A DNA stretch of 64,000 bases from a virus (lineage: Duplodnaviria > Caudoviricetes), in IMG/VR virus record IMGVR_UViG_2840949845_000010, positions 10,825 through 74,824 of that record. One strand, given 5' to 3'. Made by a program: the position numbers and the translations under genes. The stretch's first letter is position 1. Each line of letters starts with the position of its first letter. Positions 9,439-18,891 of the stretch are shown in pieces. Below the pieces are notes generated by a model that made no database searches, was not told the origin of the DNA, and saw only the letters and a list, made by a program, of their open reading frames with translations.

Positions 9439-12400
9439 ATCCTCCCGGCGACAACGGACTTGATGAGCTGCTTGACGGAGCCGCCGGTCGCGATGTCGTT
9501 GCTGATCGTGGCGACCACATCGCTCGGCCCCATCTGCGGGGCGCGATCCGGCGACACGACGTAGACGTTCGTCTTGACCGGGGCCGGTTGGGTGGGCTTC
9601 GGCATGGTCGGCATTTGACTTGGCAGAGCCGCCGCGCCGCGTGCGTTCAAGTCGGCCAGGAAATCCTCCCCCACCGCGTCGGTCGCCGACTTGTTCATGA
9701 CGAACTCGCCGGGGCGCAGGATCGCGTCCACGCTGTCGCGCCCGACATCCACCCCCGACACGCTGCCGGTGGAGAGGCGCAGCCGGGTGCCGCTGGCGTT
9801 GCGCACCGGGCCGCCCGTGTAGAACAGGGAGCTGACCCAGCTCCCCAGCGAGGAGATGATGCCGCCGGACGCGCCGCTGGCGGCCCCGCTGGCGCCTGAG
9901 TTGCCGGTGGCCGCGTTCCCGAACAGCGCCCCCATGACGGACGCGGCGGCCTGCTGCGACGCCATGTTCAAGAGAGCCGTGGCGAAGGACCGGGCCATGT
10001 CGCGGAAGGCTTCGCCCGCCGTCTTGGCGCCCGACGCGAGATCGGAAATGAACGTCGAAAGGCCGCTCATCCCCTCGGTGATGGCCGTCTGCCCCAGGGC
10101 GATGGTCGCGTCCTGGAAGGTCTTGAACGCGCCCGCCGTCTCCAGCGTCTTTTGGGTGTTGGCCTTCCAGGCTTTCGTCCAGTTGCCGGACAGGTCGTCG
10201 TTCTTCGCCCGAACCTTCTCTTGCTGCTCCTCGACCTGACGAAGGGCGTCCTTGTGCGCAATCGTCAAGGAGGTGACTTCGTTCAGGGTGGTTTTGTGCT
10301 CGCTGACGGTCTCGTTGTATTCCTTCTGGGCTTCCTTGCGCGCGTTCAGCCCCCTGGTCGCATCCTCGGACGCGGCCTTCAGCTCCTCCATCTTCCTGAT
10401 CTCGGCGTCGGAAGCCTCCGTGGCTTTCCGCATCAGTTCGGCGATGTCGTCCGCCCGCCGCTTGTAGAGGCCGACCATGGTCTCTTCGAGCTTGTCCTGG
10501 TCGTCGCGCTGGTCCATTTCCAGGGCAACGATGTCGGTTTCGTTCGCGAGACCACGCGAGACCATCTCCTTCTTGGCGTTGATCGTGACCGACCGCATCC
10601 GGGTCGGGGTCGCGGCCTCGAAGGTCGATTGCTCCAGCGTCTCCTTGCTCTCCTTGTCCAGCCGCTTCAGGGCGGCCATGGCGCTCTCGGTCTTCAGCGT
10701 GAGCGACTTTTCCATGCCGTCATACAGGCGGCCGAGACCTTCGACGGAGGCGTCGATCTTTTCCTGGATCGCCATCTTCCGCTCGTTCAGCGCGGCTTCG
10801 ATCTCCTCCGGGTTGCCGGCCAAATCCTTGTCGCCCTCAAGCTGGGTGCGCAAGGCCGACAGCTCGGCGTCCATCAGCTCGGCGCCGACCGATTTCACCT
10901 GGGCGATCCGGCTCTCGACATCCCCCTGGTTCGGGTCCTCGCCCTTGCGGAAGCGGCCAAGCCGGGTGATCTGGGCTTCGAGCCGCTTGGCCCGCTCCTG
11001 CTTCACCCGCTTTTCGGCCTTGTCCAGGCTGTCGGCGATGTCGTCGCCCATGCCTTCGACCACATGCTCGACCTCGTTCATGGTCGAACCCATCAGCTTG
11101 TCGAAGACCTTCTGCTGATCCCCCGCCAAACCGCCCCGCGCGGACATGAGCGCGGACTTCGCCGCCTCCAGCTTGGGCTGGTTCTCCTTCAGGACCTTGT
11201 CCTTTTCGCGGGCCGAACCGGCGGCATCGATCTGTCGCTTCACGCTGTCGGTGAGCGATTTGTACTCGCGAACCTGCTGCTCCAGCGCGGGGCCAACCGT
11301 CTCCATGAACTTGGCGGCGGGAAGCTGGTTGTCCTTGATGTCCTTCTGCTTCTGTTCATCGGCACGGATGTTGACCAGTCCGGTGCTCAACTTCTCCAGG
11401 GTGTCCTTCAGCTTCTCAAGCCCGGAGGTGTCCTGGCCCGAGCGCCGGGTCTCGATGATCCGGCGCTCGATGTCCCCAATGCTGCGGTTGACGTCGTTGA
11501 CGTTGGCGTTCGGGCCTTGCTGAAGGTGGCTGGTGATCTGCTTCCCGAGGTCGGTCTTCAGCGCCGACGTGTTCAGGCCGGTGATGCTGTCGGGCCGGAG
11601 CTGGGCCAGGGTCGCCTTGTCATTGAACAAGGCCGCCATGTCCGCCTTGAACCGTTGAACGGGGTTCGTGACGATGTCCATGACACCCTCGTAGGTGTCG
11701 TTGACGAAGTTCCCCGTCCGGGCCTTCTTCGGGACGGCTGTCCGCTCCACGGTCAGGGCGTCGCTCTCGCCGATCCCCGCCAACAGCGGGCCGATCTGGT
11801 TCAGGTCTCCAAAGCTTTGAAGTTGGAGCTGGGTGGTCCTGACCTTGTTGCCCAGGGCGTCGAGTTGGGCTTCAAGGTTGCCGGTGAAATCCTCGGCCAG
11901 CTTGCCTTGCAGGTTCTGCAAGGCCCGCATCATGTTGTCGAAAGTCGGCTCCAACCCGTCCATGGTGAAACCGAGCTTCCCGAATTTCTGTTCGGCTTCC
12001 AGGACGGCCACGCTCAATTCGTCCTGGTGCGACTTCAGGCGCTCCGACCGATCCTGGTAGATGTCCATCTGCTTGGAGACGGACTGCATGGCTTCCTGTT
12101 GCTGCTGCACCCGACCGTTCAGCTCATCGACCCTCGCCTTCGCTTGGTCGATGGCCGAGGCGTAGCGATCCGCCTCTCGGGCGCCGGAGATGAAGCTCTC
12201 GGCGATCAGGAAGATCGCGGCGGGCACGATGAAACGGGACAGGACCGCGACCAAGCCGGTCATGGCGGTGCTGAAGGCCGCCGTGGCTCCCTGGGCCGTC
12301 AGCAGCCCGCCGCGCAAGCTGGCGAGGCTGGCGGTGAACGCCGCCGAGACGCCACCGGCCGTCTTCACGGCGGTCGCCATGGAGACCGCCGTCGCCGCCG

Positions 12401-14567
12401 TGGCGGTCATGGCGGCGCCCACACCGCCGATCAGGGCGCGCACCGGGGTCAGGTTCTTGATGAGGTTCAGCGCCGCCATCGCCATGGCGGTGAAGGCGGC
12501 GGCGATGCCGGCGTCCCCGATGGTCCCGATGGCGGACATCCTGGACATGGCCGAAACGACCTCCGAGATGCCGGCCACGAGGTCGCGCAGCGCCAGGAGC
12601 GCCCCCCGCCCGATCTGATCGGCGAAGGTCCCGAACACCGACGTGAACTGCTTCCAGGTGTTCTCGAAGGATTTCATCTGGATGTCGTTCGCCTCGACCG
12701 CCGCGTTCGACAGGAGGATTTGCCGCTGCATCTCGGCCATGCCGTCCGTGAACTTCGCCGCCGCCGAGTAGGCCGCCGCCGACCGCACCTCCAAGGTCTG
12801 GATCGCGTCGGCCGTCGTGAAACCGGCGTCCTTCAGGGTCTGGAGCACCCCGATCAACCCCTTCGAGCGCACGTCCACGTCGGCCATGGTCAGGCCAACC
12901 TTCGCCAGCCCCGAAATCAGCTTCTCGGTCGGGTTCTGAAGGTCGATCATCAACTGCCGGATGCCGGTGCCCAGCGTCGAACCGTTCTTGATGCCGGCGT
13001 TCGACATCGCCCCCATCACCGTGACCAACTCCGTGAAGCTCACGTTGTTGTCCGCCGCGATGTTGCCGGCGTACTGGATGCCGGTCGCCAGCTTCTCCAT
13101 GGTCAGCTTCGAGAGGTTCAGGGCCGAGGTGACTTGGTTCGCCACCTGTCCCATCTCCTCGGCGCGAACGTTGAACACGCCTACGATGGAGGTCGCCACG
13201 TCCACGGACTGGGCAAGGTCGGACCCGGTGGCGGTCGCCAGCAGGGTGACGCCCTTGATGGCGCCCTGGATTTGGTCGGTCGAGAACCCAGCCTGCGACA
13301 TGGTGGTGGCGGCCTTCGTCACCTCCACCGCCGTGAACTTGGTGTCCTCGGACACGCCGATCAGCGTCTGCCGCAGACCCTGCATGGCGGTGTCCGTGGT
13401 GTTGCTGATCGCCTGGAGGTTCCGCATCTCGGCGTCCAGTTCCTTGACGAACTGGGCGCCGAAGCTGAAGGACGACAGGGCGGCGTTGATGGCCTGATAG
13501 TTCACCAGCAGGCGGGCCTGCATCTCCAGCAGCTTGGCCCCGCCGCCCGAGTTGACGCGGGCGAACGTCATGTCCCAGGAGGCGTCGGCCTTTTCCTGGG
13601 TCGATTTGACCGGCGTTGCCGAAGCCGACTTCCGGCGCGACAGCTCGGCCGTGATCTGGGCTTCCAGGGTCGCGGTGCGTTCCAGCTCCCGGTTCTTCTG
13701 GGCGATGGCCGAGGCGCTGGACTGCTGGGCCTTCAGGCTCTCCAACTCGCCGCGCGTGGTCTCGCGCACGCGGGCCGCCGCCTTTTCGGCCAGCTTCAGT
13801 TGCTGATCCGACAGGTCGCCGATCCCGCCCCGCTTGACCGTGGAGAGGGCGTCCCCCTCATAGGCGCGGGCGCCGAGGGTCTGCTTCTTCCGGTCGGACT
13901 GCATCACGACCGAGGCAAGCTCGGCGCCGAGGTCGCGAACCTGCTTGCGCGCGTCGGCAACGGTTGCCGTGATCGGGTCGGCGACCTGCTTCAGTTTGGT
14001 CTGGGCCTGGGACAGCGCGCCGCCCAGATTTTCCAGGACGGAGCTGCCCTCCCGCTTCCGACCGAGATTGTCGTAGAAGCTGTTGTAGAGGGAGGTCAGG
14101 TCGCCGATCTGCCGCTTCAGGCCAGCGGTCGAGTTCGCCGCCTTGAACTTCCCACCCAGCACGTCGTTCAGCAGGCCGTCCTGGTTGAGAGACCGGGCGC
14201 CCTGGTTCAGCGTGTTCTGGAAGCGGTTCAGCGACGCCTTGGCTTCGAGGCTGGCGGTGTCGCCGAACTTCCGCAGCTCGACCTTCGCCTTGTCGGTCAT
14301 GCCCTTGATGACGCCCTCGAACGCCGCGTTCGAGCGCGAGGCGTTGACATCGCCTACTTTCAGCAGAGAAAATTCAGTCTTTAGGGCATTGAGAGTGGAT
14401 TTTACGTCCTTTATCTTAAGGTCTTGTCCGCCAATTGCTTTCAAGGCGGCGTCAAATCGGATGGCCCCCAGGGCGACACGACGCAGCAGGCTCTCAAGAT
14501 TTTTGAGAGATTGTTCGGCCGATGTCGTGTTTACGGAGGCGGAAAACTCGTAGTCCGATGTCGCCAT
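9435..14567 (-). CDS. Tail tape measure protein (~1710 aa)
   Basis: Ala-rich helical protein with a TP901-type core (TKFTAVEV...MSQAGF) and C-terminal GRDSVDAILRPGEFVM. Confidence 0.95.
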   Translation of the reverse strand: MATSDYEFSASVNTTSAEQSLKNLESLLRRVALGAIRFDAALKAIGGQDLKIKDVKSTLNALKTEFSLLKVGDVNASRSNAAFEGVIKGMTDKAKVELRKFGDTASLEAKASLNRFQNTLNQGARSLNQDGLLNDVLGGKFKAANSTAGLKRQIGDLTSLYNSFYDNLGRKREGSSVLENLGGALSQAQTKLKQVADPITATVADARKQVRDLGAELASVVMQSDRKKQTLGARAYEGDALSTVKRGGIGDLSDQQLKLAEKAAARVRETTRGELESLKAQQSSASAIAQKNRELERTATLEAQITAELSRRKSASATPVKSTQEKADASWDMTFARVNSGGGAKLLEMQARLLVNYQAINAALSSFSFGAQFVKELDAEMRNLQAISNTTDTAMQGLRQTLIGVSEDTKFTAVEVTKAATTMSQAGFSTDQIQGAIKGVTLLATATGSDLAQSVDVATSIVGVFNVRAEEMGQVANQVTSALNLSKLTMEKLATGIQYAGNIAADNNVSFTELVTVMGAMSNAGIKNGSTLGTGIRQLMIDLQNPTEKLISGLAKVGLTMADVDVRSKGLIGVLQTLKDAGFTTADAIQTLEVRSAAAYSAAAKFTDGMAEMQRQILLSNAAVEANDIQMKSFENTWKQFTSVFGTFADQIGRGALLALRDLVAGISEVVSAMSRMSAIGTIGDAGIAAAFTAMAMAALNLIKNLTPVRALIGGVGAAMTATAATAVSMATAVKTAGGVSAAFTASLASLRGGLLTAQGATAAFSTAMTGLVAVLSRFIVPAAIFLIAESFISGAREADRYASAIDQAKARVDELNGRVQQQQEAMQSVSKQMDIYQDRSERLKSHQDELSVAVLEAEQKFGKLGFTMDGLEPTFDNMMRALQNLQGKLAEDFTGNLEAQLDALGNKVRTTQLQLQSFGDLNQIGPLLAGIGESDALTVERTAVPKKARTGNFVNDTYEGVMDIVTNPVQRFKADMAALFNDKATLAQLRPDSITGLNTSALKTDLGKQITSHLQQGPNANVNDVNRSIGDIERRIIETRRSGQDTSGLEKLKDTLEKLSTGLVNIRADEQKQKDIKDNQLPAAKFMETVGPALEQQVREYKSLTDSVKRQIDAAGSAREKDKVLKENQPKLEAAKSALMSARGGLAGDQQKVFDKLMGSTMNEVEHVVEGMGDDIADSLDKAEKRVKQERAKRLEAQITRLGRFRKGEDPNQGDVESRIAQVKSVGAELMDAELSALRTQLEGDKDLAGNPEEIEAALNERKMAIQEKIDASVEGLGRLYDGMEKSLTLKTESAMAALKRLDKESKETLEQSTFEAATPTRMRSVTINAKKEMVSRGLANETDIVALEMDQRDDQDKLEETMVGLYKRRADDIAELMRKATEASDAEIRKMEELKAASEDATRGLNARKEAQKEYNETVSEHKTTLNEVTSLTIAHKDALRQVEEQQEKVRAKNDDLSGNWTKAWKANTQKTLETAGAFKTFQDATIALGQTAITEGMSGLSTFISDLASGAKTAGEAFRDMARSFATALLNMASQQAAASVMGALFGNAATGNSGASGAASGASGGIISSLGSWVSSLFYTGGPVRNASGTRLRLSTGSVSGVDVGRDSVDAILRPGEFVMNKSATDAVGEDFLADLNARGAAALPSQMPTMPKPTQPAPVKTNVYVVSPDRAPQMGPSDVVATISNDIATGGSVKQLIKSVVAGRM

Positions 14568-14569
14568 GT

Positions 14570-14953
14570 TCATCCACCCTTTGAAGCCCGCATGAGAGCG
14601 GACCAAGCCATCTGCGCTTCGCGGGCGTTCTTCACGGGGCGGGCGGCGGCGCCTCCATTCGGGCCGGACTTGCCGCCGAATATCTTCGAGGCGACGAAGA
14701 TCAGGGAGACGACGCCCTGGTTCGATTTTGCCTGTTCGTTCCCAAGTTTGAGGCGGACTTGGGTGCGCAAATCATCCCAGGAGATGGACCAATAGAGTTC
14801 GCGGAGGCGGCTTGGCAGCGTGTCGAACGCCCAGCAGATCGCCTCGTCGAACGTCAGGCTGCGGTACCATTCGGTGAGGAGGTCAGGGACTTCACCCGTT
14901 CCATGTTCGCGACGAAGACCGACTTCACGGCTTCGCCGGATTGAATGAAAAAA
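14570..14953 (-). CDS. Tail assembly chaperone gpT part (made as a GT fusion by -1 frameshift)
   Basis: Open -1 frame overlapping the gpG-like gene, entered at T TTT TTC; lies just upstream of the tape measure gene. Confidence 0.75.
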   Translation of the reverse strand, partial: FFHSIRRSREVGLRREHGTGEVPDLLTEWYRSLTFDEAICWAFDTLPSRLRELYWSISWDDLRTQVRLKLGNEQAKSNQGVVSLIFVASKIFGGKSGPNGGAAARPVKNAREAQMAWSALMRASKGG

Positions 14954-15243
14954 TCGACCACCCATTCCCCGACCCAGGCGAGGATCTTCGGAACGTCCTG
15001 GGGGTCCATGTCGATCTCCGACAGGTCGGCCTCGGTCACGATTTTTCCGGCCTTCGTGCGCTCGGAGAGGACCGCCTTCAGGATGACGGTGCGCAGCTCG
15101 TGATTGATCGGCAGTTCGGTCAGCCGGTCCACATCGCCAAGGAGGGAGGCCAGTTCGTTCAGCAGGCCGAACGACATGAAGAGGTCACGGCTCTTGCCGT
15201 TGATCTCAAGGGTCAGGGTGCGGTTGAGGCTGTTGGTCATCAT
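14854..15243 (-). CDS. Tail assembly chaperone gpG-like
   Basis: Between tail tube and tape measure genes; RBS-like GAGG upstream. Confidence 0.8.
   Translation of the reverse strand: MMTNSLNRTLTLEINGKSRDLFMSFGLLNELASLLGDVDRLTELPINHELRTVILKAVLSERTKAGKIVTEADLSEIDMDPQDVPKILAWVGEWVVDFFIQSGEAVKSVFVANMERVKSLTSSPNGTAA
14947..14953 (-). other. Programmed -1 ribosomal frameshift slippery heptamer T TTT TTC
   Basis: X XXY YYZ pattern in the gpG frame (GAT TTT TTC); the -1 frame stays open to 14570. Confidence 0.75.
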
Positions 15244-15261
15244 GTCCTCGCGGGGGATGGG

Positions 15262-15289
15262 GACCCCACCGGCTCAAACCGGAGGGGTC
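15262..15289 (-). terminator. Hairpin after the tail tube gene (weak terminator or mRNA stabiliser)
   Basis: GACCCCtCCGG / CCGGtGGGGTC stem, no clear U-tract. Confidence 0.4.
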
Positions 15290-15296
15290 ATCTCGG

Positions 15297-16013
15297 TCAG
15301 TTGCCGGTCAGCATCATCGCCACGCCCACATCCTTGAAGATGGTGTGGTGGGCGTCGCCGGGAACCGTGTCGAACGGCGTGAACTCATAGGGCATGTTCG
15401 AGTAGTTGTCGGTCGTGAAGGCCAGCGTGAAGCCCTTCTGAATGCGCATCTTCGGGATGATGATCGTGACCGGCTCGTTGCCCTCGGGCAGGATGCCGAC
15501 GATCTTGGCGCCGAGGAACGGCTGCTCATCCTTCTTGCCGACCGGGACCATGTTCATCTTGCGAATGCGGGCGGCGGCGGTGAAGCCCATGCTGTCGGGG
15601 ATGTCCGCGTTCTGCTGCCCGGCGAACACGAGGTCGCGGCCCTCGGTGTTTTCCTGGCAGACGTACCAGCCGGTGGCGGTCGGGAAAATGGTCGGCACCG
15701 TGCCGGTGGTCGAGGCCGCCGTGGTGTCCAGGCCGGTGCCGTCGAGACCCAGGCCGTACATCAGGTTCTTCGAGGTGAACTCGAAAACCTCCATCGTCGC
15801 CTTGATCGGGAAGGAGGTCATCACCGAATAGACGATGGTGTTGCGGACACCATGCGTCAGGTCGAGGTAGGAGGGATCGCCGCTGAGGGTGAAGTTCTTC
15901 ACCAGCCCAATGGAATGTTCTTCGGGGGTCAGCTCGAACACATCCGCACGCGGGCCGATCATCACGGTCGCCGTGCCGAGCACGAAGCTGGTGGATTTCG
16001 CCTCACCGGCCAT
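15297..16013 (-). CDS. Major tail (tube) protein
   Basis: Position upstream of the chaperones; beta-rich, ends ...YSNMPYEFTP; AGGA RBS. Confidence 0.85.
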   Translation of the reverse strand: MAGEAKSTSFVLGTATVMIGPRADVFELTPEEHSIGLVKNFTLSGDPSYLDLTHGVRNTIVYSVMTSFPIKATMEVFEFTSKNLMYGLGLDGTGLDTTAASTTGTVPTIFPTATGWYVCQENTEGRDLVFAGQQNADIPDSMGFTAAARIRKMNMVPVGKKDEQPFLGAKIVGILPEGNEPVTIIIPKMRIQKGFTLAFTTDNYSNMPYEFTPFDTVPGDAHHTIFKDVGVAMMLTGN

Positions 16014-16082
16014 GGGTCACTCCTGTGGAAAGCAGTGCTCCAATGGATGACCAACGGGGGAATCTGGCGCTACAGCATAGCG

Positions 16083-16102
16083 ATTAGCAACGCGACGCTA
16101 AT
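16083..16102. promoter_or_regulatory. Palindrome ATTAGC-N8-GCTAAT upstream of the tail tube gene
   Basis: Intergenic inverted repeat with the same TTAGC-N8-GCTAA core as 24995-25012. Confidence 0.55.
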
Positions 16103-16108
16103 GCAGGA

Positions 16109-16558
16109 TCAGAGCTGGTAGGTCAGGCTGGTCACGAAGCTGGCGACGATGAACTGAAGCGGTCGGCTTTCGGTGCGCTCCATGCCGCGCACCGTCGTCC
16201 CATTGGTGACTTTCATCCAGCCGAGTTTGTCGCCCGTGTCCGCATGGAAGACAGGGTGGGTCGCCATCGGCTTCAGCTTATCGACCAGACGATCCATGAT
16301 CGTGATGTGCCGGAGGAGTTGCCGGTCCTGGTAGGGCGAGACGCCGAAGGCGCAGGTCATGTCGATCAGATGGTCGTCGAACGTGATGGAAAACTGGGCC
16401 ATGCCGATCAGGTCCACGTTGGGCCATTCGGCGATCTCGGCCATGTCGTCCATGTTCATGAACTGGGCGTCGGCGATGCCCGCGTCCTTCACCTCCTGGA
16501 TCGTGTCGGTCACGACGCGGACGGTGGATTTGAAAAGGTGCAGGAAATGGGATGACAT
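16109..16558 (-). CDS. Tail terminator-like protein
   Basis: Size and position just upstream of the tail tube gene. Confidence 0.6.
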   Translation of the reverse strand: MSSHFLHLFKSTVRVVTDTIQEVKDAGIADAQFMNMDDMAEIAEWPNVDLIGMAQFSITFDDHLIDMTCAFGVSPYQDRQLLRHITIMDRLVDKLKPMATHPVFHADTGDKLGWMKVTNGTTVRGMERTESRPLQFIVASFVTSLTYQL

Positions 16559-16566
16559 GACGGTTC

Positions 16567-17253
16567 CTATTCGATGGCCCCACCGATGGTGCGGCCCAGC
16601 GTGTTGGCCTCACGCGAGGAGTTGGAACGACCCAGCGTGCGCAGGATCACCTTCTGGAGGCGCAGGTTCCACGTCACCAGGAAGGGCTGGAGCAAGGGCC
16701 GCTTGATGATGGGCTTGCCCTTGCCGCCGGCTGGCCGCGCGTAGAACTTCTTCCCGACTCCGCTGGCGGCGAATTTCGGGTGCTTCTCCAGCCCGGCGAA
16801 CTGGGGGTACCGGCGGCTGAGAGCGGGGAAAAGACGGATGGTCCAGGTGTATTTGGCGTCGTTCTTCAGGCGCTTGCCCCGGTAATAGTCCGGGGTTCCG
16901 AACAGGTCGAAGGGCGACATCGCCATCAACTGTTCGGCAAGGCTGCCGGTGTTCATGAAGAACCGATCCCGGTGGGCCGGGTTCTTCTCTTTGCGCCAGC
17001 CATCGGACAGAGTCTCCCAGGGGACGCGCCCACCCTTCACGGGACCAAGGGCCGCCCCGAAATCCACATTGGCTGGCGTGTTCAGCGTGCCGATGGTCTG
17101 GGTCGCCAGGATGGTGAAGAATTTGGACTGCTCGCGCCGGACGTTGCGGACCACCGTCTGGATGCGGCGCTCCATCTCCTGGTCGGTGCGCTCCTCGAAC
17201 GCGACCCGGACGTTGCGAAGGATGAGGTCGGGGTCGAACCTCTTCCCCGCCAT
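16567..17253 (-). CDS. Neck / tail completion protein
   Basis: Basic protein with WETLSxxW...TGSL pattern; gene order. Confidence 0.6.
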   Translation of the reverse strand: MAGKRFDPDLILRNVRVAFEERTDQEMERRIQTVVRNVRREQSKFFTILATQTIGTLNTPANVDFGAALGPVKGGRVPWETLSDGWRKEKNPAHRDRFFMNTGSLAEQLMAMSPFDLFGTPDYYRGKRLKNDAKYTWTIRLFPALSRRYPQFAGLEKHPKFAASGVGKKFYARPAGGKGKPIIKRPLLQPFLVTWNLRLQKVILRTLGRSNSSREANTLGRTIGGAIE

Positions 17254-17801
17254 CACTGGGCATCCGCGACGATGACCCCGGCCACCTTCTCGACGCGGAC
17301 GATCAGGTAGTCCCCAACCTTGTCGTCAATCTGGAGCGGGGCGTTGGTGTAGAGCTTGAACTTCTCGTAGCTGCTGGCGACTTTCGAGGACCGCTCCAGC
17401 CGCTCGTCGCGGGGATCGACGTTGCACCAGATCAGCCCCAGGTCGGCGACGGCGTCGTCGATCTCGACCTTCATCACCGGGTCGATCTTCGCGGTGCGCC
17501 GCGTCCATTGAAGATAATGGTCCAGTTCGATGCAGCGGAAGGTCCGCTTCACCACCTCCTGCCGATAGACGCCCGCCGGTCCTTCCGCCAGCAGATAGCG
17601 CGTGCCGGGGAGATCGAGGAGGATGTCGCCCGGACGCAGGATCGTGTTGGCCGGCGTGCGGAAGAGGCGCTTCTGGGGGACGACCTGGGTTGGGTTGCTC
17701 TCCGGCACGGCGACGAAGCGGCCCGTCACCCGTCGCCCCCGGCTGTCCCGGTAGGTCGTGTCGTAACGCGCGCCCAGGCGGGACATCTCGGGCATGGTCA
17801 A
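17253..17801 (-). CDS. Head closure (stopper)-like protein
   Basis: Gene order; coupled stop/start codons. Confidence 0.55.
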   Translation of the reverse strand: MTMPEMSRLGARYDTTYRDSRGRRVTGRFVAVPESNPTQVVPQKRLFRTPANTILRPGDILLDLPGTRYLLAEGPAGVYRQEVVKRTFRCIELDHYLQWTRRTAKIDPVMKVEIDDAVADLGLIWCNVDPRDERLERSSKVASSYEKFKLYTNAPLQIDDKVGDYLIVRVEKVAGVIVADAQ

Positions 17802-18511
17802 TCATCCCACGGGTTGAGCGGATCGGGAGCGACGGAGAGCATGAACAGCGGAGCGCCCGTGCCCGTCGCCGAGCTGGAGGTCGAGGACGCCGCCTCGTCC
17901 TTCAGGGCGGTTTCCAGGGCGCCCCAGTCGATGTCGAAGCGGGTGAAGCTCTCGTCGCCCGACTTCTCGGCCTGGGCCGCCTTCAGGCGCAGGGAGGGCA
18001 GCAGGGACAGGGCGGCGGTCAGGACGATGGCGCGGTTGGCGCGCAGCATGTCCGTGGTTCCCGAGGCCAGCCGGTCGGCCAGCGCCGTCCCGCCGAGGGT
18101 GTCGGCCAGGGTGTGGTAGGCGCCCAACAGGTCGATCTCGGTGTCGGCCAGTTCGGCGCGGGAGACCCCCAACCGCTCGCGCACCATGTCCGGGGTGGCG
18201 TCCATCGCCACGTAATCGGCCAGGACATAGGTCACGGTGCGGCTGGCCGGACGCCCGCTGGTGGTCCAGCGGTAGGTGATCGTCCGGCGCTCGAACGCGC
18301 GGGTCTTCTCGTTCAGATGGGCGGCGACGCTGAACAGGAACTCGGTCGCGTCCTCGGACAGGGAGATCGTGTCGGCGTAGACGAGGGCGCCGATGTGGTC
18401 GCGCAGCTTGATGGCGACGGTCCCGTCATCGGCGGTCGTGCCGTCGCCGTCGATGAGGAGGGGAAGGACGAGCGTCACATCCTCCCCGGCGATCTCATAC
18501 CGGATCGCCAT
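17798..18511 (-). CDS. Head-tail adaptor-like protein with an extra N-terminal beta domain
   Basis: TPDMVRERLGVS connector-like motif; gene order. Confidence 0.55.
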   Translation of the reverse strand: MAIRYEIAGEDVTLVLPLLIDGDGTTADDGTVAIKLRDHIGALVYADTISLSEDATEFLFSVAAHLNEKTRAFERRTITYRWTTSGRPASRTVTYVLADYVAMDATPDMVRERLGVSRAELADTEIDLLGAYHTLADTLGGTALADRLASGTTDMLRANRAIVLTAALSLLPSLRLKAAQAEKSGDESFTRFDIDWGALETALKDEAASSTSSSATGTGAPLFMLSVAPDPLNPWDD

Positions 18512-18833
18512 CGGTCTTCGCCTTGGCGGGCGGCAAGGTCTCCGGCATGAACGACGCTTCGTCCTCGTCGGGCGTGGCCGTCAGGGCGGCGAGCGTCAGC
18601 AGGTAGGTCTCGACCCCCTCATCCACGCCATGCTCCTTGATGCACGCCGCCAGTTCCTTGTCGTCGGCGATGTCCGGGAGGTTGGCGTGGATCACCTCAA
18701 GCTGACCGATGCCGAGGCGGGCCTGAAAGAAGTTCGTCACCTCGACCACCGCCGGGCGGTGATAGGGAACCTCCTGGCCCGACGATGGGTCCAGCAGCAG
18801 GAAGTTGCCCTTGGTGTTCAGGATGGCTTTCAT
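18495..18833 (-). CDS. Hypothetical virion-associated protein
   Basis: ORF directly after the capsid gene with phage-like codon use. Confidence 0.65.
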   Translation of the reverse strand: MKAILNTKGNFLLLDPSSGQEVPYHRPAVVEVTNFFQARLGIGQLEVIHANLPDIADDKELAACIKEHGVDEGVETYLLTLAALTATPDEDEASFMPETLPPAKAKTDGDPV

Positions 18834-18844
18834 CGGGGTCCCCC

Positions 18845-18877
18845 AAAGTCAGAAGGGGCGGCGTTGGCCGACGCCCC
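18845..18877 (-). terminator. Probable rho-independent terminator after the major capsid gene
   Basis: GGGGCG...CGCCCC stem followed by TTCTGACTTT on the minus strand. Confidence 0.55.
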
Positions 18878-18891
18878 GTCACGGCCCACGA

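Noticed and set aside
10152-14384. 1410-aa plus-strand ORF and similar long antisense ORFs (4731-7256, 18805-21705, 23242-25098, 25407-27683, 60325-62739)
   Set aside because: Shadow frames of GC3-biased real genes on the opposite strand; no motifs or RBS
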